The position numbers were made by a program, and so were the translations under genes. Under the pieces are notes generated by a model. That model did no database searches, was not told where the DNA came from, and saw only the letters and a list, made by a program, of their open reading frames with translations. Of a stretch of 64,000 nucleotides of DNA, positions 49,350 to 61,718 are shown one piece after another. This DNA comes from Heteronotia binoei (Eukaryota): the NCBI RefSeq assembly GCF_032191835.1, contig NC_083233.1, positions 41,044,001 through 41,108,000 of the forward strand, in the 5' to 3' direction. Each line of letters opens with the position of its first letter. Position 1 is the stretch's first letter.

Positions 49350-49789
49350 TTAAAACACACTATATATATAAGCATCATTCACATCATATATATATATATA
49401 TATAAAACCAAGTACATGAAATATCATTACAGTAATCTGATCAAGTGACCAAAACAGCAATTTCAGTTATTCCCTGATTTCAGACTGTGACCATCTCTTG
49501 GGTGTAGAGAGGGGGGAAACAATCTGAGTGAAAGGAGAATAAGAGAGGGAGCCAACCAGAATGGAAACCACAGCTGCCCTCAACCAAAGGCCTGGCAAAG
49601 GACCTCTGCCTTGGAAGACCTGCAGAATTGCGTAAGATCCCATGGGATCCTGGTGATGTTTGGCAGAGAGTTCCAACAGGTTTGGGCCAGAACTGAAAAG
49701 GACAGCTGGATATGTTTGGGGCTAGGGATCACCAGCAGGTTGTTATCCAAGGAGCAAAATGTTCTCCCGGGAGATACCAGAGGAGATAC

Positions 49790-50015
49790 ATTGGTCCTTG
49801 ACCACTCAAGGCCTTAAAGGTCAATACCAAAACTTTGAACTTGACCAAGTACTCCACTGGAAGTCAATGAAGCTGGCACAGTACAGGTTGTATATGTACC
49901 ACCCATGACATTCTTACCAAGACTAGCACCGCCACACTCTGGGCCAGTTGGAGCTTCCAGGTCAGTCTCAAGGGCAGGCTAGCATAGAGAGAGTTACAGT
50001 AGTCTAGCCTGGATG
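49790..50015 (-). mobile_element. Old L2 fragment
   Basis: GCCTTAAAGGTCAATACCAAAAC and GTTACAGTAGTCTAGCCTGG match L2 C-terminal coding sequence. Confidence 0.65.
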
Positions 50016-50636
50016 CCTGAAAGATGCTTCAGTTCCTGCTTGAACTGATAGTTCAATTTAGACAGAAAAAGTCTGGGATTCTTAGTCTGATGTGGGAGAA
50101 AACATTAAAACTAGCCACTCTGCACAGAAGCTGATCCCTGTTGGTTTGTGTCCTTCTGATACAGAGAAGCATAGTATGGAAGTTGGAATGTCCCAGCGGC
50201 CTGTGTAATTAGTAGGATTAATGGCTGTGTAAACTAATAGGATTATTTAGCGTCTAATGGGATATTTCCTTATCAACCTCCAGTTTAGATAATATGAAGC
50301 CTTGAGTTGTGTGCTTTTCACTTGGGCCTACTCTGCAGGGAAAACACAGCAGCTTCTTAATCTGTAAGCATGAAATGCTTTGAACGGTAAATAGTCCTAC
50401 AGCATTGGTAGCAGAGGGACTAAGAGACTGAATGCAAAACCAGGCTCTCTAGTTCATGTTTTGCATCTACCATCAATTTATTTGGTTGCCTTAGGCAAGC
50501 CAATTTCTCTCAGCCAGACTTCTAGCAAGCAAAAGGAGAACTGGACTGTTGACTTTGCAGGTTGTTGTAGTGGGTTGGATCCTGACTAAATGCCTATGTG
50601 AGAAAAGGGGAGCATTTTTTCCATATTCCCCTCCCT

Positions 50637-51437
50637 GGGTGCGGTCACACCTCACATTAAAAGCGGGCATGCAGTGCTCCAATTTGAACCGCTGAATATT
50701 GATTCGATGCAGGGCCGATCAGACAAGCATGTAAGAATGCAACTCGTCCTGATATTGTCCTGTTGTTGAACAATCAGACATATTGAATGCTATCACGCTC
50801 TTTTCTTGGAGTATGCGCACAACCAATCAAGCAGATTCAAAGTCGTCTCACTCTCATTCAGTTGCTGAGCAATCATATGGTGATTCCTGCCATGATGTTT
50901 TCATTAAACATGCACCCAAATGTTGGGAGGTGGGGAATCAAATGTTGCTTCAAAGTGTGTGTGTGTGTGTGGGGAGTTCCGGGAATTAATGCTGCTGATT
51001 CAAACTAGGGGACTGCCAGGAACTACTTTTCTGAAAATGGGCAGTGACACTGGTATCTGGAAATCCTCCACACTGAAAAAAAAGATTTTTTTCCCTGTTC
51101 TTCCACCCATGTGGAATCTGTGTTGATTGGAGAAGCAGAAGCCTCACCTCAAATTCCCAATGATCTGGTTGTATGCACGTCTCCTGGGTCGGGTTTTTTT
51201 TTTTAAAGGTGGGAGTGGCAGAAAGTGGATGCCAAACATCCCAAGGGGCGGTATCCTGCATGAGCTGTCCAAACAGGAATAACCCAAATGTGTGCCACTT
51301 CTGTGGAAAAGGACCAGACTTTCTCCGGTGTCTAATAACGGCGATATCAAACCGGGGCAAGTTGGGATGCTAATGAGTTTCATTCGAGAGACAGATGTGG
51401 TTGTCTGGACATGCTAAAAGCACATGTGAACGCATCC
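50637..51437. mobile_element. Non-autonomous Harbinger-like DNA transposon
   Basis: Imperfect 14-bp TIRs GGGTGCGGTCACAC / ATGTGAACGCATCC; TSD not clear. Confidence 0.5.
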
Positions 51438-51578
51438 TCAGTCACTGATCTTTGACCCTCTCAAGCTGTTCCCAAGGATCTGTTAGACTGGGATCTGGGA
51501 GAGCCAGGGTTTAATCCTCACCCTGCCTTGGAAGCTTGTTGGGTGATATGGAGCCACACATACACTATCAGTCTGAGC

Positions 51579-52208
51579 TAGGGTTGTTAACTCTGGATTA
51601 TGAAAATCCTGGATAATTGGGGGTGGAGTCTGGGGAGGATGGGTTTGAGGAGGAGATGGATCTCAATGGAGTATAATGCCATAAATTCCATCCTCCCAAT
51701 TAGTAGGGATGCCAGACACATCCACTCACCCAGTGTGTGTGGTCTCCTGCTGCCAGACCCCCCCCTCCATTGCTGACCAGCTGGCTGGTAGGGGGGAATA
51801 ACCCGCCCCCCAAAAATGGGAAAGGATGCCCAGGAGTTCAGCAACATGCCTATATGAAACAGAAGTGATATAGGCACATTGGGGACAATGCTCTAGCTTT
51901 TGGGCAAAAACTCTATGGTAAAAGCTAATTCTACCATAGAGTTTTGTCCAAAAAGAATACAGCATCACACACACCCTGACATCTCCAACATGCCTACATA
52001 ACTTATGGGTCACACAGACATGCCACTGAAATGATGGGTGTTCCTCCCTGCTCCTGGTAAGTGTACCCCCTTCCCCTGTCAACTGCTCGAAGGGACCTGG
52101 CAACCCTACCAATTAGACATTTTCCCCAGATGAGCTGTTCTCTGAAGTCTGGAGATCAATTGTCACTCTGGGGGACCTCCATATCTAACCTGGAGTTTGG
52201 TAAACCTA
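51579..52208. mobile_element. Blackjack-type MITE (outer), itself inside a Squam3-like SINE
   Basis: Ends TAGGGTTGTTA / TGGTAAACCTA; SINE head at ~51480-51578 and SINE tail at ~52225-52310. Confidence 0.6.
51704..52108. mobile_element. Blackjack-type MITE (inner, 405 bp)
   Basis: TIRs TAGGGATGCCA / TGGCAACCCTA; perfect TSD CCAATTAG; internal hairpin AAAACTCTATGGTA...TACCATAGAGTTTT. Confidence 0.85.
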
Positions 52209-54426
52209 ATCTAAGGTGCTTTACAGGGATTTTGCAAGGAAGAGATGCGAATGATGCAACTGCAATGGATTCCCCATTGGGCAGAAAAAAGGGGTATAAA
52301 TGAAGTGAATAAACAAGATAAACAGGTTTCAGAGAACATTTTAGACTGTAGAAAGAAGCGGGAGGCAGGGAAGCCATGCTTCTTTGGACAGAAATCCTTT
52401 CATTCACATAAATTTCAGCCATGATCCAACCTTAAATATCCATGCAGTGGTGATATTGGGAAATCAAGGCTGAGGCTGACATCTTTGCTTCCTCCATAAA
52501 CCTTTACCTCCACTGCCAAGAGTAAGAAGAGCTGTACCATGGATAAGCATGGATACAAGGATGAATGTTAGGCCAGTCTTTTTCAGAATTGTAACCACTG
52601 AGTTGGGAGGACCAGCTCTTGTTCACTTGAATTGCTTTAGGCAGTGGGGGTGTCACCATAGGGTTGTGGATTCAGCTCCTTGGAGTCTCTACCTTGGTGG
52701 TCATCTGGGGGAAAGATGACTACTACAGTTTTGGTTTTTAATGTCCATTTGCTTAGCTAGAGGTGGGATAGAAATAGTCTGAGCAAGTATAATAAATGAA
52801 TAGATAATGTTGTGAAGGGCTTGAAACATTATTTTTAAAAAAATCTTGGAGACAAGTGCAATAATTAATATATGAAATTAAAGATGAACTGTTTTGTTTC
52901 TTTTTATATTTTTTCCCAGTGGTTTCTGTTCTTCCCTTTTTGACACTTGGTTTTGTAAATTTGTTCGTACTGTGCATGCATGTGATACTTTTTTATACCC
53001 ATAGAATGTACAAGTTATTGATGTGCAAATAATGTTGAAATATGTGTATATTTAACAAGAAACATTTGGTGTGAGGAAACAGAAAATGGCACAAAAATAA
53101 AGAATTGTGCATATGATTCATGTAAGAAAGATGTTATATCAAAATTTGAGGATTGAAACAGCAAGGATGAGAAATTCAAAATCCATCTCTGTGTGAAATG
53201 TCTTCAGTAAGAGTAAGACTAGCTTCCACCTGATGGGAACAACATCAAGGGCCCATAGTCTATGCACTCAGTTTCATAAATGGCTTCCCTGATTATGCCA
53301 TGTTCCCCCTTGCTTAGGGTCACTCGTGGATCATTAGATCCAACCCAAAGTCTGTTTGTGTGTATAGGATAACTGATGGTTTTGCTAAAGGAGCCATGAA
53401 AATAGCCTGTTTTCTGGTTGCCACAAGTAAGAATGATCTTAATCTGTCCACCCACAATGTTGTTTTTAAATGCATTTAAAAAAAAAAAATCTGCACTTGG
53501 CTAATGTAGGTATGCATCAGCTTGTAAAACATTTTTTTTTAAAAAAAAACCACATCATTTAATCTGCACATGAATAAACACAGGTTTGCATCAGCTTGTA
53601 AAAACCGAGGATTCATTCATACTGAAGCACAGGTTGGTTGATAACAGAAGCATACAAAGATGTCAAAGCCAATTCCTTCATTTGATGTGGATTTGCCAAT
53701 TATGGTGCACTGAAGAGATCACTTGTGATTGTCAGGCTGGTTTTATTATCCTCTTTTTTTTTTAAATCATCTTATGGGGAAAAAATTTAGTTCAAAAAAT
53801 CTACACAGAAACGTCCTAACCTCAGGCTAGAATGAACTTGACCCCTTTCCCATTGGGCATACAACCCAAACACACAGTTCTGTGTGATAACATCTATAGT
53901 CATTTGTTGAGATATCCATTTCACCAAGGATACTTTTTCACTTTTGGAGAAAGCATTTATGTGGAAGGAACAGAACTATCAGCACGCCAATGCAAAAGGT
54001 TCCCCTTGTGATTATTCTCTGTTACCCTTTAGCTATTTTCCAATCCATTAAGTGCTAGTACTTTTCTTCTTCCCCTCAGCTGTTTAACTTGACCATTAAC
54101 TTTTGTAGCTGGCCACAATCTGTTAAGCACATTTTTCTTTGTGATGTACTCAACTCATGTTGCCAGACCACATTTTTAAAATAAAAGCAGACCCAAGAAG
54201 CTAACGTTCTGTTTCCCTCATTTAGTCACAGTTTTGTCCTTCCAAAATTATAGTGGGAAAGGTCATAGGGAGGGGTAGTTATGTCACATATGCCAGGGAT
54301 TCTGAAGATTTAAATAAATAAGAATTAATGACAGTTTGTTGTCTTCATTTGGGGACTATTTAATTCCAGTGACTGGCCTGGAGGCAAAACCTGACTGATT
54401 GTTTCATGTTGCATGGGTTTGGTTAT

Positions 54427-54722
54427 AAAGGTAAAGGTAGTCCCCTGTGCAAGCACCAGTCGTTTCTGACTCTGGGGTTACGTCGCATCAGGACGTTTTC
54501 GCGGAAGACTTATTACAAGGTGGTTTGCCATTACTTTCCCCAGTCATCTACACTGTCCTCCCAGCATGCTAAGTACTCATTTTACCAAACTCAGAAGGAT
54601 GGAAAGCTGAGTCAACCTGGAGCCGGTTACCTGAACCAGCTTCTGCCGGGATTGAACTCAGGTCATGAGCAGAGAGCTCAGACTGCAGTACTGCAGCTTT
54701 ACCACTCTGCACCACAGGACTT
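54427..54722 (-). mobile_element. Sauria SINE (Squam1), full-length
   Basis: (ACCTTT)n tail; homologous to 49058-49349. Confidence 0.85.
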
Positions 54723-54982
54723 CTCTTTAATGGCTAACTGCAGGGGTAATTCCTGATTTCATAGGAAACCATGAAATCACAGCCATTGGGACCTATGGCT
54801 CAGATGTATCTCCTCTATCTGTAGCCGTATTCATGATACAGTGAGTGTATATACATCCTGCATATACACAAATACATCTGTTTTTAAGGAACAGCCAACA
54901 CAGATTTACTTTTCAAATGAAACTGGAGACCAGTACTTGGATAAATATGGATTTTAAACAGGGCTAGCATCAGTGTACTTTG

Positions 54983-55150
54983 TAGGGTTGCCAGGTTCAG
55001 GTTAGGAAACTCCCAGAGATCTGGGGACAGAGCCTGGGAAGGGCAGGCGCCTCAGTGGGGTACAATTCCACAGAGTCACCCATCAAATCATTCATCTTCT
55101 GCAAGGGAACTAATTCGGGGGGATTCCCAGGTCCCACCTAGAAGCTGTCA
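54983..55150. mobile_element. Blackjack-type MITE, degenerate
   Basis: Starts TAGGGTTGCCAGG; body of the 205-bp family. Confidence 0.55.
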
Positions 55151-55724
55151 TTGGGCAGCTGCAGAGGCCCTTGCTTTCAGCATGGCCCACTGTCACTACC
55201 TCCCACTCCTCCTCATCCCCCATTAGCTCACAAGCTGAACCTTCACCTGCACTTCCAGTCACAAGCTCTGCCAAAGGCGTCAAGGAAGGACATGCATGCA
55301 GTAGGCACAGCTGGGAGGCCTTGCACACAAGGCCTCATGGATGGGTGGAAGGGAGGAAGGACACATGGATGGGTGGAAGGGAGGAAGCATTTGAGTAAAC
55401 ATGAAGGCACAGGGAGGACATATAGCAGCAGAAGATCAAACTCCGTCTGCCTAGGGTCGTTCCCAGTCTCTTTCTTTTAATGGAAGCTGCCAAGGATTAA
55501 ACTGGGGACTTTCTGCATGCAAAGCCACTGAATCAGAACTCCTATCTTTCCTTATTTTTTAAAAAAAATCTTTCTCCTGGCCCTAAGCATTTTGTGTCCA
55601 GTTGTGGTCCCATCATGCTAACTCCATTTCAGACTGACTCCTGGAAAACTGCCAGGAGGTTTAAATGCTAAGTCTTTATTAAATACTAGGCTAGCCTAAG
55701 GGATCTGAGTTGAACTTATAAGTT

Positions 55725-56546
55725 TAGGCTTCCCAAATCCCCCGCCTGGGCGGGGGCCCCCGATTTGGAGCCTCCTCCCCCCGCTTGGCAAAAATCCAGA
55801 AAGCGGGGGAGGGGGGAATGGCAGCCCTTCCCACACAGCCTAGAACCCAGCAGCTTCTCCTCTCCCCTTCCCACTGATCCCTGATGCTACTCCTCCTCCC
55901 TTCCCACCTCCGATGGCAGCAGCTTCTCCTTGCTCCTCCCCTTCCCACCCAGCTCCATCGCAGCAGCTGGAGCTTTCCCAGGCTGCTTCCTGCCCCGCCC
56001 CAAAGGACCATGTGCCTTTGCACCTCCGGTGGTGAAAGGCTTCAACTTTCTGTGTCTGTGTCACTATGAAGAAGCTAGCTGGTGAGTAGAGAGCCAATCC
56101 CCTACATCAGATCTGCAAGAAGGGGTGGGGGGAGTGGAGGAGAGGGAAATGTCGTCATTATTCCCTATGTGAAATATTTCTCATAGGGTATAATGGGGAA
56201 TTGATCTGGAGGTTTCGGGGGCTCTGGGGGAGCTATTTTTTGAGGTAGAGGCACCAAATTTTCATTATAATATCTAGTGCCTCTCCCCAAAATACCCTCC
56301 AAGTTTCAAAACGATTGGACCAGGGGGTCCAGTTCTATGAGCCTCAAAAGAAGGTGCCCCTATCCATTATTTCCTATAGAAGAAAGACATTTAAAAAGGT
56401 GTGCTGTCCCTTTAAATGTGATGACCAGAACTCCCTTGGAGTTCAATTATGCTTGTCACACCCTTGTTCCTCGGTCCACCCCCAATGTCTCCTGGCTCCA
56501 CCCCCAAAACCCCCAGATATTTCTTGAATTGGACTTGGCAACCCTA
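55725..56546. mobile_element. Blackjack-type non-autonomous hAT (822 bp)
   Basis: TIRs TAGGCTTCCCA / TGGCAACCCTA; TSD TATAAGTT/TCTAAGTT (7/8). Confidence 0.8.
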
Positions 56547-58105
56547 TCTAAGTTGAACTTATACTTTCTCTTTTTCAAAGAGAAAAAGATAATTATAGTG
56601 TAAGACCTCCCTAAACTTTTCTTGCCCTGTGTCGCCATCAGCCTCAACCTGGCTCTTTATTTACATTCTTATAATTCCATGTATCATCTACCAACTAGAC
56701 TTGTGCATCGGAATTAATTTCATTTCTTTCTTTTTCATTCATTGCAAAAGAGACTATTTCATTAATGGCTTTGTTTCATTATTGCTTCTTTTGTTATTAC
56801 CTTTTTGTCACTTCCATAATTCTATTTCATTATTTTACATTGATTTCAATGGAATACTCCTCCTTGTTGGTCTGTACTGATGTTGCCAGGTGAGGCCTGG
56901 AGATTTCTCCAGACTAGAGAAGATGGACTGAGGTCCTTTCCCTGCCCTCCTTGAGCTCTACTCTGGAATTTCAAAGAATCTCCTAAACTGGATTTGGCAA
57001 CCTTAGTTTATACCTTCATGGCTTTTCACCCAAACTGGACAAATCTCAGGGGAACTGTAGCACTCTTCTAGGACATTCACACTTTCAAATGTCAGGCAGA
57101 TAGAATAAAGGGGTTCCCCCTTTTGAGGCAATTAACAGCACCCATGTTTACCATTCAATTCTATGGTAGAATTGATAGGAAAGAGTCCAAACACACAGTA
57201 AAACAGACAGAAGCATTCAGTAAGGGAATTTGGCACTGCAACTGCTTGGCTTGAAGGACAGTAGTATGAGGAATAGAAGGACTGAAGGCAGGGTTGCCAT
57301 TCCCCAGTTGGGGGTGGAGGACCCCCAGCTTGAACCCCTCCCCCAATTCAGTGCTATCACAAAGCAAAGTGAGAAATGCTGTGAGGAGCTTCTCTCAGCC
57401 AGGGAATTACCGCCCCCCCAAAAAACAAAACAAAACAAAACAATGGGTCTATATCACCCAGAAATTACATAGGCATGTTGGTGACATCAGGGGGTGATGC
57501 TGGTTTTCGGGCAAAACCCTATGGTAAAATTAGCTTCCAACCAGGGGTTATTTTGTAGGGGGGAAAAGGTGGTTGAGCTCATCCAGGGATTGTTATGCAG
57601 CTGCACCTACTATTCAATGGACAAGGTGGGAACTGTTAGAAAGGTTCAGGAGCTGCTCTCCTGTGAGCTCCCACTAAATCTGCGGCCTGCTTCAAACCAT
57701 ATTACCTCATATGCTTCAGGATTGAAATACCTTACACATACATGCAATCCTAGTGGCTACAGCTTGTAGTCAATCTAGAAAGCATAGGACCTTCCCTTAA
57801 GGAATGCACATTAAGTCCTTATAAGAAAATACTGGCTGCCTTGTAAAACTGAACCCAACAGAGACAGAGAAAGGTAAGACATCAGTAAAGAAAGAGAAAG
57901 GTAAGACTTCAATTCTATTCCTACTAGATGCAAGAAACAGACAGCAAACTATTTAGTCTTGGGCTGGCAAAGCAAAGAATGATACACTGAGACTTGGGGA
58001 AAGCAAATCTAACTATTTTATCTTTCTAACTATTAAGAAAAACAGAAAATCTAGATAATTTCAACTAAGTTATATGAGCTTGGAGAGTATGCTCCATCCA
58101 GTTCT

Positions 58106-58432
58106 TTGGCATCCTTCCAGTATAGAGCATTCATGCTTGTACACCTGAATGCTGCCCCTTTAGCAGTCCTATATGGGAGATGCTGTAACTTGCCTTACTT
58201 GGACAGACTTTGTCAATGTGATTTGAAAAAGTTTGTCTTCCTACCCCACATGATATTGGAATGCCCTCATAATAACTTTTATCATGAGTTATGGATTGCC
58301 CCTAATCTAACTAAATTACCTTCCACTGTATCAAAAGATAACATAATCCCTTGTCTCTTGGTGTATAGAGACCCAAGAACTGCGCTGGCTGTGACCAAGT
58401 ATCTCTCCACCATATTTTCCTTAAAGAAATAA
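58106..58432 (+). mobile_element. LINE ORF2 C-terminal fragment (RTE-X-like)
   Basis: YRAFMLVHLNAAPLAVLYGR...RLCQC...HMILECP...LLVYRDP resembles the RLCxC-x8-H-x4-C knuckle at lizard LINE ORF2 ends. Confidence 0.55.
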
Positions 58433-59439
58433 AGGCTTCTTATCTGCTGCTCAAGATAATTGGATTAAAGGAGCTTGAAAGAAAGGAATAAGAGGGGGGG
58501 GGGGGGGGGGGCAGAAGAAAACAAAATGAAATCATGCCTTTTTTCTTTAAAGTCTGTTTAGATGGGGAATTTGTGTCATTTCATATTAATTACAATAATT
58601 ACAGAACACCAATTATTGTAATCATTATATTTAATAATGAAAGAAATGCAGAAGTCTACTTCCAACATTTCATGGAGAAAAATGGAGAAATGCTCGTAAT
58701 ATCCTTTATTACCACAGTAAGGTTCATGTAGTGAACCCTGTTGTCACACAGTGTGGAAATCTCTTCTGCCCCTAGTTTATAGCCACCATGTTCATTTTAC
58801 TTGGCAGGAACCTGATCCCCATCTACTAATTACAAACGGGTTAAAGATATACTAGAAATATATATTTATCCTGCAGTATGTTGCCTATAGTTCAAAAGAC
58901 ACTTCAGTTGCTCTGGTATGAAAGATGGCAAACTAAAAATGTATGGTGTTTGTGGTGGCAATGGATTTGCATGGATGCAATGTAGAGACAAGTTGAATCC
59001 ACTCCCTACAGAGAAGGAATAGGCTTCATGAATTGGTAAAGAAGAACTTAGATCACATCAAAGTTCCATCCAGTTCAGCATCTCCCCCCCCCCCCCCCCA
59101 GTATGGTCAGTCAGATGCCCTGGAAGGTCTACAAATAGAGCATGATAGCCCAAGCCTCCTCCTATTGTTACCTTTCTATAGCAACTGGTATACAATGATA
59201 TATTACTTCTCAATAGCTAATGATCATGGATAGACCATGATACAAATTTCTCTAATGTACAATATGGGATTAGATCTCAAGAACTAGTAGAGCAGGGGAA
59301 ATAGGGGTGGATTGAATGGAAGTTGTGGACTCACAGGATTATTATTAAAAAAAAAAAAAAAACTATGACACTTGTCCAGAGAAACTGCTTGATAATAAAA
59401 GCATCAAATACTATGAAAGTTGTTAGCAATTAAAAACCT

Positions 59440-59700
59440 CAGAAGAAGAAGAAAAAGAGGAGATTAGATTTATACTCCACCCTTCACTCAAAGTCTCAGA
59501 GCAGTTTACAATCTCCTTCCCTTACTCTCTCCACAACAGACACCCTGCGAGATTGGTGGGGTTGAGACAGCCCTGAGATGAGAGAACGGCTCTGAGAGAA
59601 CTGTGACTGACCCAAAGTCACCCAGCAGCTGCATGTGAAGGAGTGGGGAATCAAATTGGGTTCTCCAGAAGAGTCCACCACTCTTAACCACTACACCAAA
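59440..59700 (-). mobile_element. tRNA-derived SINE (Squam3-like)
   Basis: Reverse-complement homolog of 32649-32895 with (CTT)n tail. Confidence 0.75.
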
Positions 59701-59928
59701 AACACAGCATTAAAAAAAATTGACAGAGCATAAAACATAATGGGCTCAAGCGGCTTCCCCAAGGCCAGGGGAGGGGATCCTACACATAGAAAATAAGGAG
59801 GTCATGGAGAAGTCCAGGCTAGCTTGCTTTTCTGTGGCATGCTAATTTTTCTTATACAGGATATATGTGTGTGTGTATTTGTGTAAATACAATCAGCCAC
59901 TAGACTCTACTGTCTGAAAAGTTCCAAC

Positions 59929-60134
59929 TAGGGTTGCCAACTCTGAGTTGGGAAATTCCTGGCAATTTGGGAGGGGGAGCCTGGAGAGGATGGAGTTTGG
60001 GAAAAGGAGGAAGAGACCTCAGCAGGTACAATGCCATACCCTTCAAAGTAGCCATTTTCTCCAGGAACTAACCTCTGGAGAACAGCTGTAATACTGAGAG
60101 ATTTCCAGGCCCTACCTGGAGGTTGGCAACCCTA
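59929..60134. mobile_element. Blackjack-type MITE (~205 bp family)
   Basis: Perfect TIRs TAGGGTTGCCAAC / GTTGGCAACCCTA. Confidence 0.8.
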
Positions 60135-61044
60135 GCACAGACAGAGACACTGACTATCTGCCGTTTGTGAGAACTAGCCTTTGACTTTGCCCCCAAAGTT
60201 TTTCTGTAACTGACTTCCAAAACTCTCATGTAATAGAAGCAATAAAGAAACTCTAAGTGTGTGCACTCATGAGAAAGGATAACACATCGGCACTTTCAAG
60301 AGCCGCCTTTTGATGTATATTAGATCTCAGTAAATAATAATGGCATCTTAAAAATCAGTTATTGTTCTTCTCATGTGTGTCTGATTGAAGAGGAAGAAGG
60401 GAAAAAATCTCACTTGAAAATTGAGTTTTCAAGTTTAGCTCGAAGGAGACCCAAAGCAAATCAACCCAGCTGCAATCCTTTTGACTGCTGATAAATTAAA
60501 TTGACTGGAGCTGAAGCACATTAGGATGTAACATGAGAAGGATACAGGCAAGAGGATGAAGTTGCAGGATAATTAATAAAGAAGCATTGCATCGGCCTTG
60601 TTATTTGCTTTCAGACTCATCTGCAAAACTGAAATGCAAACTCATTAGAGGGGAAAAATGAAAATGCTTATTTTCATATGTTCCAATGATTTTGTGCTCC
60701 TCTGGAGCTGGAACATGACAAAGTGACATGGATTTTGTGCCTTCGTATCTTATCGTTGAGATGATTAAGGGCACAGAAAATGGATTGTTCCTCTAAGTAG
60801 CATTTTCAATTCAAAGTTAGTGTCATTTTTTTTAACAAAAATTGTGCATATGCACCACACTGTTTTCTACCGATTCTCTAAGTAAGGGGTTTTTTGGTTC
60901 CTCTTTCTTATTTTCTGGAGATTTAGAATACAGGCCTCAGTCTTGAACACTGCATATATATTTAAGCCAGGGATGTTGCCAAATGTTGTAAACAAAGCAG
61001 GGCTCCTCAGATGTTACAAATATACATCTATGGAGCTTGCTAAC

Positions 61045-61718
61045 TCAGGTTACCAACTCTGGCTTGGGAATTCCTGGAGATTTGGGGTTAGTGCCTGGAA
61101 AGGGGAGGGAGCTAGGCAGGCATGTGATGCTATATAGCCTGACCTCCGAGGCTGCCTTTCCTCCAGAGGAACTGATTTGTTTAGTCTGGAGATCAGTTTT
61201 AATTTAGGGAGAGCTTAGGGTTGCCAAGTCCAATTCAAGAAATACCTAGGGACTTTGAAGGTGGAGCCATAACCAAGGTTGTGACAAGCATAATTGAACT
61301 CCAAAGGGAGTTCCAACCATCACATTTAAAGGGATCACACACCTTTTAAAATGCCTTCCCTCCATTGGAAATGATGAGGGATAGGGGCACCTTCTTTTGG
61401 GGCTCATAGAATGGGGCCCCCTGGTCCAATCCTTTTGAAACTTGGACGGTGTTTTAAGGAGAGGCATTAGATACTGTGCTGAAAATTTGGTGCCTTTACC
61501 TCAAAAAAACAGTCCCTGAGAGCCCCAGATATCCGCAGATCAATTCTCTATTATACCCTATGGGAATCAGTGCCCAGCAGACATTTCCCTTCCCACCCCT
61601 GCTTTCTGATGACCCTGAAGTAGGGGGGTGGCCTCCAAATTGGGGGGTCCCCTGCTCCTACCTGGGGATTGGCAACCCTAGAAGAGCTCCAGGCCTCACC
61701 TGAAAGTTAGAAACTCTA
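61045..61718. mobile_element. Blackjack-type MITE (outer, 205-bp family) split by an inner MITE
   Basis: Removing 61216-61680 restores ...GGGAGAGCT|CCAGGCCTCACCTGAAAGTTAGAAACTCTA. Confidence 0.65.
61216..61680. mobile_element. Blackjack-type MITE (inner, 465 bp), same family as 55725
   Basis: Perfect TIRs TAGGGTTGCCAA / TTGGCAACCCTA; TSD GGAGAGCT/GAAGAGCT. Confidence 0.85.
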
